Source: Lingula anatina
Lineage: Eukaryota > Animalia > Brachiopoda
Length of the DNA stretch: 64,000 nt
Reading direction: 5' to 3'
Assembly: GCA_051362555.1 (NCBI GenBank)
Contig: CM120649.1
Coordinates: forward strand, 15,266,567-15,330,566
Of this stretch, positions 1-21,470 are shown piece after piece. Numbering within the stretch: the stretch's first letter is position 1; each line of letters begins with the position of its first letter. Position numbers and translations under genes: made by a program. Below the pieces are notes generated by a model that was not told the origin of the DNA, did not search any database, and saw only the letters and a program-made list of their open reading frames with translations.

Positions 1-930
1 TAATCCCAACTGGTAGGGCCTTTGATGGGGTGTGAGCTTAATTCTTCCTCAAAATAATTCTAAATTAAGATGCTTTTGTCATTTTTTCTTAAGACTTTTG
101 ATAAGCTATGCATGTGAAGCAGGGAATCCAAATTATTTTTTTTTACATAGGCCATTCATGTCGTCTATACATGCTCTAATAATAAAAATCTGAAAACAAT
201 GACAGTCTATTATTCTAATATGGAGTCCAAAAGACAGTTGTATGGTTGCCTGGCTGTTGCCCAGTTTTAGGGTCCACACCATAAATTAATATCAACTGTC
301 ATTTCATACACAGTGAATACTACAACTGCATCCTCATAAGCTACGTCAAATATGGTTAAATGATTAATTCATACCACTGGAAGATGGTATACATGTGATC
401 AATACTTTTTACAGCATTACAAGCCATGTCTGTGATTTAATTAATAATGCAGGTAGTAGACTGCACCCAAAATAATTAAATGTGTAAAACTGTGTAGTAT
501 AAAAACTTAAAAGAGGGGGGGGGGGGGGGGGGGTGGGGGGGGGGGGGGGCGGGCGGGAGGCAAGAGTCCCAGCCAAGAGTCTTGGCAAGACTACTACTAA
601 ATTTCTCTGAATTTCTTCGATCATTATCAGAGTATTAGAGAGTTATAACCGGTTGGTCTGTTTTATATCAATTTTTGAATATATACTTTACATATCTTTT
701 ACATACAAACATTTATTAGTAATATTTAATTATATCTTCTTAAATTGCGAAAACCACCTGCAAATACAATATATGTAATTCAACAAGAACCTCTATCTGC
801 CGTTTTTAACAAATCACACTCTTACAATGGGAATCCTGAAATAATTTTTTAAAATCTGCCATATAAAGAGTACAAATATAAAATCTAAAGAGAAAAGAAA
901 AGCAATTTAACGTGACACAGACCAGCTTAC

Positions 931-997
931 CGGTAACTGATGCTCTTCGCTTGGATGAATGAACGAAGAGAGAATCGAGCAGACCATCCCTCTTCAT
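931..997 (-). CDS. Possible first coding exon of an unidentified gene continuing off the left edge (MKRDGLLDSLFVHSSKRRASVT)
   Basis: ATG at 997, GTAAG donor at 930-926, a second GTAAG donor near 1059 and YY1-like GCCAT motifs near 1171-1185. No recognisable homology. Confidence 0.3.
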
Positions 998-3273
998 GAA
1001 TGAGTCATTTCAATCGAAATTTTCGCACAAACCTGGTCTTTCTTTGCTGAAAACTTACCTTTTTCTTATTCTCTGGTAATTAATTTCACTATTTTGGCCT
1101 CAAAAAGTCTGAGATCGGTCAGAATACAACAATAAAGCGGCTCTTGACAACGTTATCAAGATAACTGTACAATGGCAGCCATATTTATGATAGAGGCTAT
1201 AAATATCAGCCAATCAAATGCCGTTCCTGTGACCTTTATTTAGTAAAAGGGGGGTGTGCATCATTTCTATTTAGGTTGGCATATATAAACAGAAAACTGA
1301 AAACTTGACGGAAATTCCACTTTAAACCTTTACTATTAACAAAATAAGAGAAAGAGAGAGAGGTAATTTAAAACACCAATTCGAATAAAAAAATTATTAT
1401 TATTGTTCTTAAAACACATCACATTTGTTTATAAGTAGAATGTAATTACAGTATCTGTGACTCAAATTATGCCTGAAATAAATTAAAACACCAACAATAT
1501 TTGTTTTCATATCGTAAGACAACTATAAAATGCATTCTAAAATAATGAGATACAAAACCAAACAGCTGAAAACAGAAACTGTCACAAATCTGTGTTTCAA
1601 ATGGTCAAACTTGTCAATATCATCCAAACAGTTTTAAGATAGCAGAAACCATGCCCCCCGCCCCCCCCAAAAAAAAAAAAAAAAAAAAAAAAAACTGAGG
1701 CACTTCAAAATGACACAGTGACAAATTAAACAAGAAGGAAAATGCGGCATGATCTCAATAAATAAATAAATAAATATAAAAAACGCCCACCAAATCCTTT
1801 GCTTAAATATACACTACAAATATCTTTACATATTCTCTTCGTCTGTGTTTACATCTGAACCAACTTGGATCTTTAGATTAACTTATTCCTTAAAACCATT
1901 ATTTAAACGGGAAAGAACTTTCATTTATTCTAATAAAATAAATAACATCAAATATGTCATTCTTTGCATATGAACGTAAATAAAAACAAGATCACTGAAC
2001 TCTAAAAGAAGTCATCAGTCAAGGCAACAATTATTATAAATATATGCGATTTCTACTAAACTGAAAATAAACAACATTTTAGTTTACTAATAAGTCTCGC
2101 AAACTCTTCTCCTTCAAATCTACATAGCCATTAGGATTATTTGTGTTCTTGAATATTAAAATGATTGTTAGGACATATTCAAACTGCCATGAAGTCTTTC
2201 TGAAAACTATAGATAAGAGGCATGTAACAGCATATTTTCAAGGTATTTTCTTACACACTGAGGCAGTGTTTTGTTGTATTTGTGATAAATCAAGACTCAT
2301 CATCAGGAGATATACAAATAAAAGTCACTATGGACAATTTTTTTCACTACTATAACATCAGATCACTGAACATTGCATGAAAACCCAAACACCATTTTTC
2401 CTTAACAATCCACATTTTCCTTTTCCTTTAAATTGGTCAATCACCTTATCTAGTCATCTTCACAAAGTTATTTGTATTCAATGCATAACAAAAAAGAACC
2501 CAGACCTTAGCAACCTGAATTTCTTGGATGACTGAAAACTCACTTCTATTTCCAGCATTAGTTAAATGAGTCTCTGTTAACATGCAAAACTCAGGGAGGT
2601 TCTCAAAGAAATTGTCTCCTGACAGCTGATTAAGGTTTGAGATTTCTTAAACATAGAAACCAATCAAAGAACCTTTTTAAAATTCTATACATGCATGGTT
2701 AACTCCCTTCTTGGGTTAAGCCTGGATCCATATTCACAAAAGAGCTTTAGGCCAAAAGTTAATCTGAACTTTTACCACTAAATTTTGGTCTAGTTCACTT
2801 TTGAGTTAATGTGCAGTAGTCCACTATTAAAGGAGTAAATGTTTGTCTAAATTAGCAACCATTTCTTTCTTGGCATAAAATGGGTGAAATATTTCTTTTT
2901 TTGCAATATTTCAATATTTCTACTTTCCATCTAAATTTCTATTGTGACCCAGGTCCCTAAGGCCACCTTCAGAAGAGCCGACTAGCAGATCCGTGGATCA
3001 AAAATGGCTGACTCACTTGAATGCTTGTTGCGTCACCCCTGCAGGGAATCTACTCAGTGTCTGATCAGGAATTAAGCTGAAAGCTTTTAAGTGGTCGCAA
3101 TATTTTATCCAAAGATCTGTTAGTTGGCTATGCTGAATGTCTCTAATCCTACTGCACAAAGTCACAGTTCTAGATTATATATCTAGCCCCTTCACAAACA
3201 TCTACTATCACATCAAAACACATAGGCAGAATTCTTGAGCATCTACGTCCCAGTCAGCATCAGGAATCTTTCG

Positions 3274-5831
<2,558 letters not shown>

Positions 5832-5977
5832 CTATCACACCTGTCACTCATCAAGCCTCCACTACTGGTTTATCTGAATGTGTATGGAAATGTTAATTGT
5901 GGATGAATATATATCTGTGATTGCTGTGTTTATAATTAAATATTTATGGGCTTGTAGTGCCAGGGGCAGGTAGAACC

Positions 5978-6051
5978 GGCCGGGTAGCTCAGTAGGTAAG
6001 AGCACTCGCCCTGTAAGCGAGGGGTCCCGGGTTCGATTCCTGGTCTGGTCG
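5978..6051 (+). tRNA. tRNA-like sequence (Thr-TGT-like) inside the 5' LTR; probably not a translational tRNA
   Basis: Cloverleaf: GGCCGGG/TCTGGTC acceptor stem, GCTC/GAGC D arm, CTCGC-CCTGTAA-GCGAG anticodon arm, CCGGG-TTCGATT-CCTGG T arm. A and B boxes present and a T5 run follows. Position 33 is C rather than U, and the acceptor stem has three G-U pairs. Confidence 0.7.
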
Positions 6052-6168
6052 GTGATTTTTCTGCACTCACCCCAAATCGCTACAATGGTGGCAGCGGTGT
6101 TGCGAGATAGGGCTCGCGTCTTTCGGCATTTGGGGGGGAGGAGTGTAGTGCCAGGGGCAGGTAGAACC

Positions 6169-6242
6169 GGCCGGGTAGCTCAGTAGGTAAGAGCACTCGC
6201 CCTGTAAGCGAGGGGTCCCGGGTTCGATTCCTGGTCTGGTCG
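6169..6242 (+). tRNA. tRNA-like sequence (Thr-TGT-like) inside the 3' LTR
   Basis: Identical copy of 5978-6051. Confidence 0.7.
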
Positions 6243-6758
6243 GTGATTTTTCTGCACTCACCCCAAATCGCTACAGGCTGAACTTACAAATACACAAAAT
6301 GAGTAGTGCTAATATCTCTCACATACAGTACTAGTACCAACTAAAAATATTTTTGAACTGCCAGGAAGAAAGTTTGTTCTTTGGTTATTATTATTATCAA
6401 AATGTGCAGAGGCCACTCCCTGTACACAAAATGAACTGAAGAAAATTACAATTCTCTACAGTGCACGGAATCAGTGAATATTCAACAATCACATCGGCTT
6501 TGGTAATCAATGAATACATTTTCATCAGTCTGTTAAGTCTCAAAGGATGATTCAACATTAACATAACGGCTAGTGGCTACATAACCGTTCAAGTTAAGTT
6601 TATTGCGCTGCATTTTCTTTTTACATTTTTTGACATTTAACCTGTAGTTCTGACCTCACGGGGTCTCCTGCCAAATATTTTGACAGGGTAATTTATGGAA
6701 ATTCATGACACAAATTATTGAATTTTCGGAATCAAAATGGCTATGTTAAAGTACTTAC

Positions 6759-6941
6759 CGTTGTGTGCGTCTTCGGGCTGTGCTCTATTCCAAATAAAAC
6801 GGAATGTTTAGTTTCAGAGTGACGCATAAATTGATAAACGTAAGTTTAAATCGTGTGCGTATTGTTATTGTTATTATTCTGGTTGTGTGAACTACGTCAT
6901 CAAAATTTGTGCTCTCGTAGGAAACGAGAACTCACAAAAAC
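6759..6941. promoter_or_regulatory. Compact bidirectional promoter region shared by MOSPD1 and ZRSR2
   Basis: The MOSPD1 exon-1 donor (-, 6759) and the ZRSR2 ATG (+, 6942) are less than 200 bp apart. CpG is locally enriched and CRE-like TGACG/ACGTCA motifs occur near 6820 and 6895. Confidence 0.65.
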
Positions 6942-13541
<6,600 letters not shown>

Positions 13542-16500
13542 ATTTAAATGATGTTTATTTACTTGACAAAAACAATAATGATTTCATTAGGAAAACATCC
13601 CCATTACAGCTGGGACATCACTTTATTTATTTATTTTTTTTTTTTGTAATGCATTCTTATTTACCTTATATACTGACTAATTTTTACCTTAGTTACAAAT
13701 AAGAACATACTTTTCTTCAGTTATTTTTTAAGTCAAGAAGAAACTGAAAGGCGGTCTGTGCCATTGGTCTGACTATTGTTTTGAAACATTTGGAAATAAA
13801 AGCTGAAACATCCACGTATCTTTCTTGGAATTATCATTAAAATCTACCACAAAGTGGGGGTTAAAACCTTTTTTCAGTGGGTAGCATTTCTAGAGGATAT
13901 TTTATTTTGACAGGTAAAAACCGGATAGAGTACCCTTAACCATATTCTAAAATGGTATAAACAATAGCTCTTACTTAACTGTTTGGCCTTAATTGCAGGA
14001 TGACATAGGATTATTTTGTCAGCATAACATCAACTTCTTCTCCCCTTAACTTTTAACGCATCGTTTAATAAATTAATTTTTTTTTCTATTTTGTCCATTT
14101 TGATGTTAGTAGGACTTGGGGAAACAAGTTATTGAAAATCTCTAAATTTAAAACATTGAGATTAAGAACAAAAGCTCCACACAAAAGATAATATCTCGAC
14201 TGAGTTTATTCCAATCTTCTACTACTGTACACAAATGTTCAACACCAGATACAGCCAATCTGTATGTGTTGAATGCAAGCAGGCATCTTCCCTTACACAA
14301 AACAGTCTTCAATCAAGTATTAATTGATGTTCGTTATAATTATCATCATCACTGCCGTCTTCTTCCTGAACAATGGCAAAGAAATACAGATACATTCCCT
14401 TCCAGTATTTTACTCGTTTCACAGAAGAAACCAATTTTTTTTTTTCAGATAACCAGGAAATGAAGATGCCTCTTTCAAATATTATAATCATCATCACCTT
14501 GGCCTCCCTGACTGTAGGCATGAAAAACCCCACACATTTAATTCATTTCAAACTTTTTTTTTACTATATTACAAAAAAAAAAAAAAATGGTCACCATTTA
14601 TGTGATAAAAATCCAGTAGCCTCACTGCTACCTAATATAACCATACCCATGTTAAACACGCTAGGTCTGGTTTACATTCACTGCTGTACAATTAAAATAA
14701 AATTTTGATAATTTAATTATTATAATAATAATAGCAATGCCAATTAAATATTCACAATAAAATAAGTGAGATGATTCTGCCCAGAAGAGTAAATGGGAAA
14801 ACTGTTGGAATAAGGCGCTCAGGGGAGGACTGCTGTAGACCAAGATAGCCTTCAAACCACACATCAAGGTTTTACCGTGGATCTCCCACATATTACGACT
14901 CTAAAAAACAAATAGTGCCAAACCTACATCATGAGTAATTCACTATCACGAAGATTCTGACTCCACAGCATGCCTTCTTTACTTCATGGTTGTTATATTC
15001 ACATTATATAACATTTTCAACTCATCCTCATAGTTGTAATTCACATCACAACAGCTTCAGCTCGCATCATTACGGTTTGAACTCACTAACTTGCGTAATC
15101 ATGGTTATCTATCACATCACCAACGTTCCTAACAAATTATGAACCTTGAGGCATTTTGAATTGGTAGTTAGGTGTTGTGTGTGGTGGCCATTTTGGTCTA
15201 AAGTACTCCCCCCACGCTGAGCAGGCATTATGCAAAAGCAACACAGAATAAACCTTGAGAATGCGCATCCAAAAAGCACTTGACAAGTCCTGTATGCCAA
15301 ACAACAATGCACTACATCATTTGCTATACAATGTTTGACCTCTCTAACATGACACAATTTTTGTTGTTATCCAGTTATAGTAACAATGGTTCTTTAATTT
15401 AGGAGGCAATACAGTTCACATTTGTCTTTAATTAAAAGGCAATGATAGAGGCAACTGTAATATTAATACAACAGACTGAGATGGGCCGAAAATTATTCTG
15501 TATCAGAGCTAATAAGTCTTGGTTGAAGTTTCCTGTTATAAAATGAGGTCAAATTCACAGATCACTTACTATGTCATCTTAACTATACCCCAACTTATTT
15601 ATAATAATGGAAATGAAGTAACCTCATTTTCCACCAGTCATGCCATATAACAAACTCTCTTATAAGAACATGAAACGCCCTGTGAGAATTCGATTCCGCA
15701 TGCTCGTATTGGTCACTCTCACATGCACATGACAAAACATGTAATCTGAACTCGTACATGGTAATCAACTGCACACATTTTATGTAGACAAGGTTGGTTA
15801 AAAGATGTAAAATGCTCTCCGCTCCATGGCAATCTCAATGGATAAAATGAAACACTGTGCTTCAGAACACTGAATGCACAACTTGTACTTTCTTTTTCTG
15901 AACATTATGTACTTAATAAAAGAAACGACACAAAAACATACACTATGGGGAGTCAATTAAGCCTCTTAACTAAACCCATACTTCACCATTCTTTGATATG
16001 AAATCTTTAACTTCCAGTCAATTAAAGAATGTCCCCAAAATAGTCAAAAAGAATTATTAATTATAATAAATATATGTAAAAATTTTGGCTTCCCTTTATA
16101 ATAGTTTCACCCAAATCAATTTATCAACTGAATTAATGCCAAATCAGCATTCTTAATTTCATCTTATGACAACAAATCCAAGTTAACTTCAAGCATAAAT
16201 GAATATTGTCAAGGAAGGCCAGATTTCCTTTGAGCTTCATCAACCCTAAAGGTACATGTGCTGCTCTCACCTAATTTTATTAATACAAGCCTCAAACCTC
16301 AGAAGAAAAAATAAACACTAGGCAATAATAAATAGAAATCACATCAAAATACACGACTAAAAGCTAAACACAATTTGATACAAATTCAATAAGCCCTTGT
16401 GTATTCAACACCAATGTATAATTGAACTACTCTGTCAGCCAATGTCGTCTTCACTGTAACTCATTATTTAACATTTTCCCACTTACCTGGTAAGAATTAC

Positions 16501-17578
16501 TAAGTGTATATAAAATACCGGTTGTGAATTAATGTTTTTAATATCTGGTACAGCATCACATTTTCTAAACCTAGGACCAAAGAAAGCAAGCACAGGGTTC
16601 AAAGCTTGTATTATGGACAAAGCTACTTTTTCCCCATACCTCAACTAAGTCCTTTTTGACTTGTTCTAAATTTTTTAAAAACAATTTCCATGACGATCTT
16701 CACTTCTTACAAGGTCAATTTTTAATTTCTTTTAATGCTGCCAAATCAGTTTCTTTTTTACTATCTTTCACAATTCAAAACTGGCAATTTACTAAGCAGA
16801 GGTTACGGTAGGAAAAGAGAACAGTAAATTTTCATATTGAATTTGATACAAAAGGAAATTTCAAATTTTTACAAGAGGGAAGAATTATAGGGAAAGGGAC
16901 GTAGGGAGAAAATTTAAACACAGGCAATAGGGCAAATGTGATATTAAGAATCTATACATAACATGCACACGTTTGTATATAATAGAAATAATAGTAGTTA
17001 TAGAGCAGGTGGCTTAAGTCAGTCTATAAAATAATATGTATACATACAAAAGACCCATGTTGCACGTGTCCTGCACTACAAGTTATGTTATATGGCTCTG
17101 AGGCTTTGTTTTCTCTCTTGTTAAAGTACCACCAGCTGACACATATAATGTACAGTCATAATGGTTAGAAACTGTGAGTTTTCCCACTTCTTTTTTTTTT
17201 TTCTAGCTCGTTCTTTTGTTTGTGCTTTTACTGTAATAAACAACATTCACTTAAAATAATAATTCACAGTAAATGCTTTTTCCTGCTTCCCGTTATCTTC
17301 ATAGTGTAAGATCTGTATTTTGTACTGAACAGCAATCTTTATAAAATCTTAAATAGTTTCTTTTATTTATTCCTTTCAAAAATTCAATCTGCTGCCTTTA
17401 TCTCTGCAATGTCAACAGTCACTTCTATGCTCTCACTCCGCTGTCGTCGTCGTCACCACCGCAAATCAACAGTGACAAAAACACCACCACTGCTGTTGTT
17501 GTGAGAAACCCGTGAACAAACGACTGCTGTGAATTAAGTATATCAAGTATACATGTCCTTGTATCACCACGTCCGCCA

Positions 17579-20500
17579 TCAGTTGATATCCACCGGGCTT
17601 GATCGCTCAGACTCATCCTCGTCATCGTCCGAGAAGCATTCCGACGGAGTCTCCGTGGCCCCTCTAGATGGCGCCACGTCTGAATAAGAGCCGAGGCTGG
17701 ACTGGCGGGACATGTGACTGGTTGCCAGGGCAACTTCTGCATCCGTGCTGTCTCCGGAAGTGAGGAAGTATGGCTGATTGGTCAGACTGCTGCAGATGAA
17801 AAAAAATAATAAAAAAAAATTTTTTAAACGCAGAGGGGAGGTATGCTCATAAATTGTACGGACACGGCTGAAACCCCCACCCCTCTTCAAGTCTAAAACC
17901 ATATAATTTCATACATGAAGACGATTAGAAAAGACATTTCAAAATATTCTTCAGCAGGACAACTATATTTAGCACTAAAACCGAGACATTCAACTCCCCA
18001 TTTATACACCACAGAAAATGCAGAAACATGACCACTTGATTGAAAATAAAATATCAAGTGTGTACAAAAAATAATTATGCTTTTCTGCTGTTCAATTTCT
18101 CATGTTTTGTTCACTGACAAAGCTTGTATTCTAAATATAACAAAGGTTGTATTTTCAATATTATAAAACATGCCAAGTTATATCGTACTATATTACCCAT
18201 CATACCTTGCTGCTGCAGACGCCTCCACTTTAATACCACTGGGCCCAGCCACGCCAGGGACATTGGCCAGTTCTGAAACCAGAAGTCAACCACGCTCTAA
18301 ATAAAAATTGTTCAAACTAAAATGTATACAAATTACTACACTTAGTTCAGTACAGTACTGCTGCCATTTATTGTCAATTTATGCTGGAATTCTTCGGAGC
18401 CAGTCATGGTGTGTTTATTTGAAAACAATCTTTGTCAAGCTCACAACATAAAAGACGTCATATCTCTTCCATGTAAAGAATATGCACTTTGGGGCCATTT
18501 TCACGACTAAGACTATACTTACGTAGGACATATGGTTCTAAAGACTTTGGGACCATTTTCATGGCTTTACTGAGATGCTCGTCTGATATACTACTCTTCT
18601 CCAACCCGAATGCCATCCCCATTCTTTTGAGGACTTCGATGTCGTCATGAATCTCAAATGTGTTGTCAAAATTGAATAAATATTCATACCTGAAAGGAAA
18701 TAAAACCGCTTTGAATGTTTAAATGTGTCTCATATTTTACATTATTTATTTATTTCAAATTATTCTTTTATTACATTCTTCATATTAAATCCTTATATTT
18801 GACTGTGTTCTTTATTATAAAATATTCATTAGGGTTTGATATGAATACTCACTTGTCGTTTGATATGCTGCAGTCTATGACAGTCTTTTTGCTTGTGTTC
18901 ACTATGATAAAAGGAAGCTGAATGGCTGAATTAGCAGTTGGCGGACCTTGGGTTTTTTCAAGATCACGATTTCTGTTAACCAGGTTCTTGAATGCTATTT
19001 GCTGTAATGAACATGGTTTTAAATTTCAGCTAAACTGTTAAGTTGGCAAAAAGATGGACTTAAAACAAAAGGAATTATGAAAGAATTGATTTTCACATCA
19101 TCGTCTAAAATCAATTGAATAAATTTACACAAAATCTTCCCAATACTATTCAGATTATAGCGAGCAGCTACATAAAAGTTTCAATTAGGAAAATATACAT
19201 AAGATATTGCTTTGGTCTATAAACATTACTACAGCTATCTCACCTGTAAAATGAGTTCCTGTAACTGTTGAGTTTTGTGCCGTATCCTTTCCAACCGCCT
19301 CTGTTTCTCTAACTAGAATACCAGACATAAAAAGATATTAACCACTTGATGATTAAGAAATCTATTTCTGTCTCTAACTAATTACATTTTCCAACCACCT
19401 CAGGTTTTTCTAGACGGAAACACCAGACAGAAACAAAGAAAGTAACTTCCTAATATAGAAATTAATTTCCGTCTCTGCCCAGTAGTTTTTAATATGACAG
19501 ATTGGCGGTATCCTCCCTAGGAAGGTGAGAACATCTACAACCAGTCTGTTTCAGTACCAAATAAATATCCAGGCATTTTGTCATCCAATGTAAACCACAC
19601 TGAGATGCACGTGCAGTGTGGTTTACAAAAACCAAAATTCTCCTTTACGTTTACTTTTTTTTTTCTCTACTGGCCGAGGGGCCCCATTCTTACCTCTAGA
19701 TTTTGACACTCTTGTGCGGAATTTGTGGGCAGGCCTATCCACCTGATCTCTTTCTTCTCTTTAGATATGATGTTCATGGCCATCAACACATTCAGCGCAT
19801 CGTACACGCGCCTTCGGATGTTCTTCTGATCGTATTGCTGGATGGAAAATGGTGGAAACATTAGGCTAAGATAGACAGCAGTAAAAGCTGTACTGGTGCA
19901 ATATAATACAATGCTCAATGCAATCTTCATAAAATTCTAAACAATATTTTCTACAGATCACATTTCTGTCACTAGATTCAATTTAATTCAATTGCAAGTA
20001 CACATAAATCTGTATTGTTTTAAAGAAGCCATCTTTAAATTTCAAACAAACACCATTTTCTAAAGACCCAGTTTTCAGCCACTGACCTGATCTGTGGGGG
20101 TCATATGTCTGGGGTCACTGAACTCCGCCACCAGTTCGTCTGCCACCTCGTTGTACGATGTCACCCCCTTCTTCTGGACCTTCTCACACACCTTCATGGA
20201 GAAATGACGTAGTCCCTTGCCGCCTTTCTCTCCTTTCCTTCTTTTACTGAAAATTTCAGATGACACATTAAAAGAATCTAAAAAGTTTAGATTTGTAGTT
20301 TTTCTTTTTTAATTGTATTTTTGCTTTCGAAGATTACTGCTTCTAAACAACAACTGAAAATGCATTTCCACATCTGCAAGTTTCTGCATGAAAAAACATA
20401 TTTCACAGAGTCTTTTTTTATGCCTAAGGCAACAATGTATTCAAATAAATTAATAAGATTCCAATTAATATCATCCTTGGAATGAAAAAAACTGTATAAT

Positions 20501-21439
20501 CCCAAACTTACAGTAAACGGTGAAATGAAAATGGCCTAAATTTACAAAATGTCAGAGAAAAAATTAAATCTATGTCCTATAGACCTGCTTGGCTGCACTG
20601 AGAGTAAAAACACAGTCATCTTTAAAATAATAATTTTAAATCATTCCGCCTTTCTTGAGGTACTTCAACACTTACTCATACCTGTCACCAAAGTCTATTT
20701 CAATATCACCTCCCCGCTTTCTGATTGCTCCCAGAATTCCCGGCGAGTCGAGCATCATGGGAACATTAGTGCCCCGCGCATTGCTGGATATAATCTGGGG
20801 GAGAGTGAGGCGCTGAGACGGAGAACTGCTTAAAATCTGAAATATTGGGGAATGTGTTAAAATAAAGTCATGTATAATTACAGCATGGATACAGGCATAG
20901 TACCCATGCAACAACAGTACAGATAGAGTGACAGCACTTATACAATGACAGTACAGATACCTTGACACTACCAATGCAACGACAGTTACAATTATTATGA
21001 CAGTACCAATAGTAACCAATGCAGTGACAGCACAAATTCAGCAATACTACCAATACAATGATCAGTGCAAGCATAATGACAGTCATAATGGAAATACCAG
21101 CAGATGATGTACTGATATAGTCTTCGGCAAGAATGTGGGCTGACAGCTAAATTACCATAACTGACCCAATTATAGTATACACACAAAAGTACAGATACAA
21201 TAACAGTAACAGCAGTGATACGTACCATTGGAGATTGTACTGTTGTAGTCTTCGGCAGGATTGTAGGCTGTGAATTTGACACAAGGAACTTATTTGGAGA
21301 ACTAATCGGGACAGCCACAAAATGAACTGGAAAAGAATGAATAAATGAATGCCATGATATTGATGTCGTCTTCAAATGATTTGTTTGAGAAATGTGAATC
21401 AATACAGTTTGAGAAACAGACATTGAACTGAATGTGCAT

Positions 21440-21470
<31 letters not shown>

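Larger units (their letters stand above)
5953..6275 (+). mobile_element. TRIM (miniature non-autonomous LTR retrotransposon) with tRNA-containing LTRs, Helenus-like
   Basis: Identical 132-bp direct repeats at 5953-6084 and 6144-6275 with TGTAG...CTACA ends. PBS TGGTGGCAGCGGT at 6086-6098, PPT GGGGGGGAGGAG at 6132-6143, and 4-bp TSD GGCT at 5949-5952 and 6276-6279. Confidence 0.92.

Noticed and set aside
5978-6242. Two functional tandem tRNA-Thr genes or a simple SINE
   Set aside because: They are embedded in TG...CA repeats with PBS, PPT and TSD, and have C33 and a weak acceptor stem, so they are better explained as LTR components.
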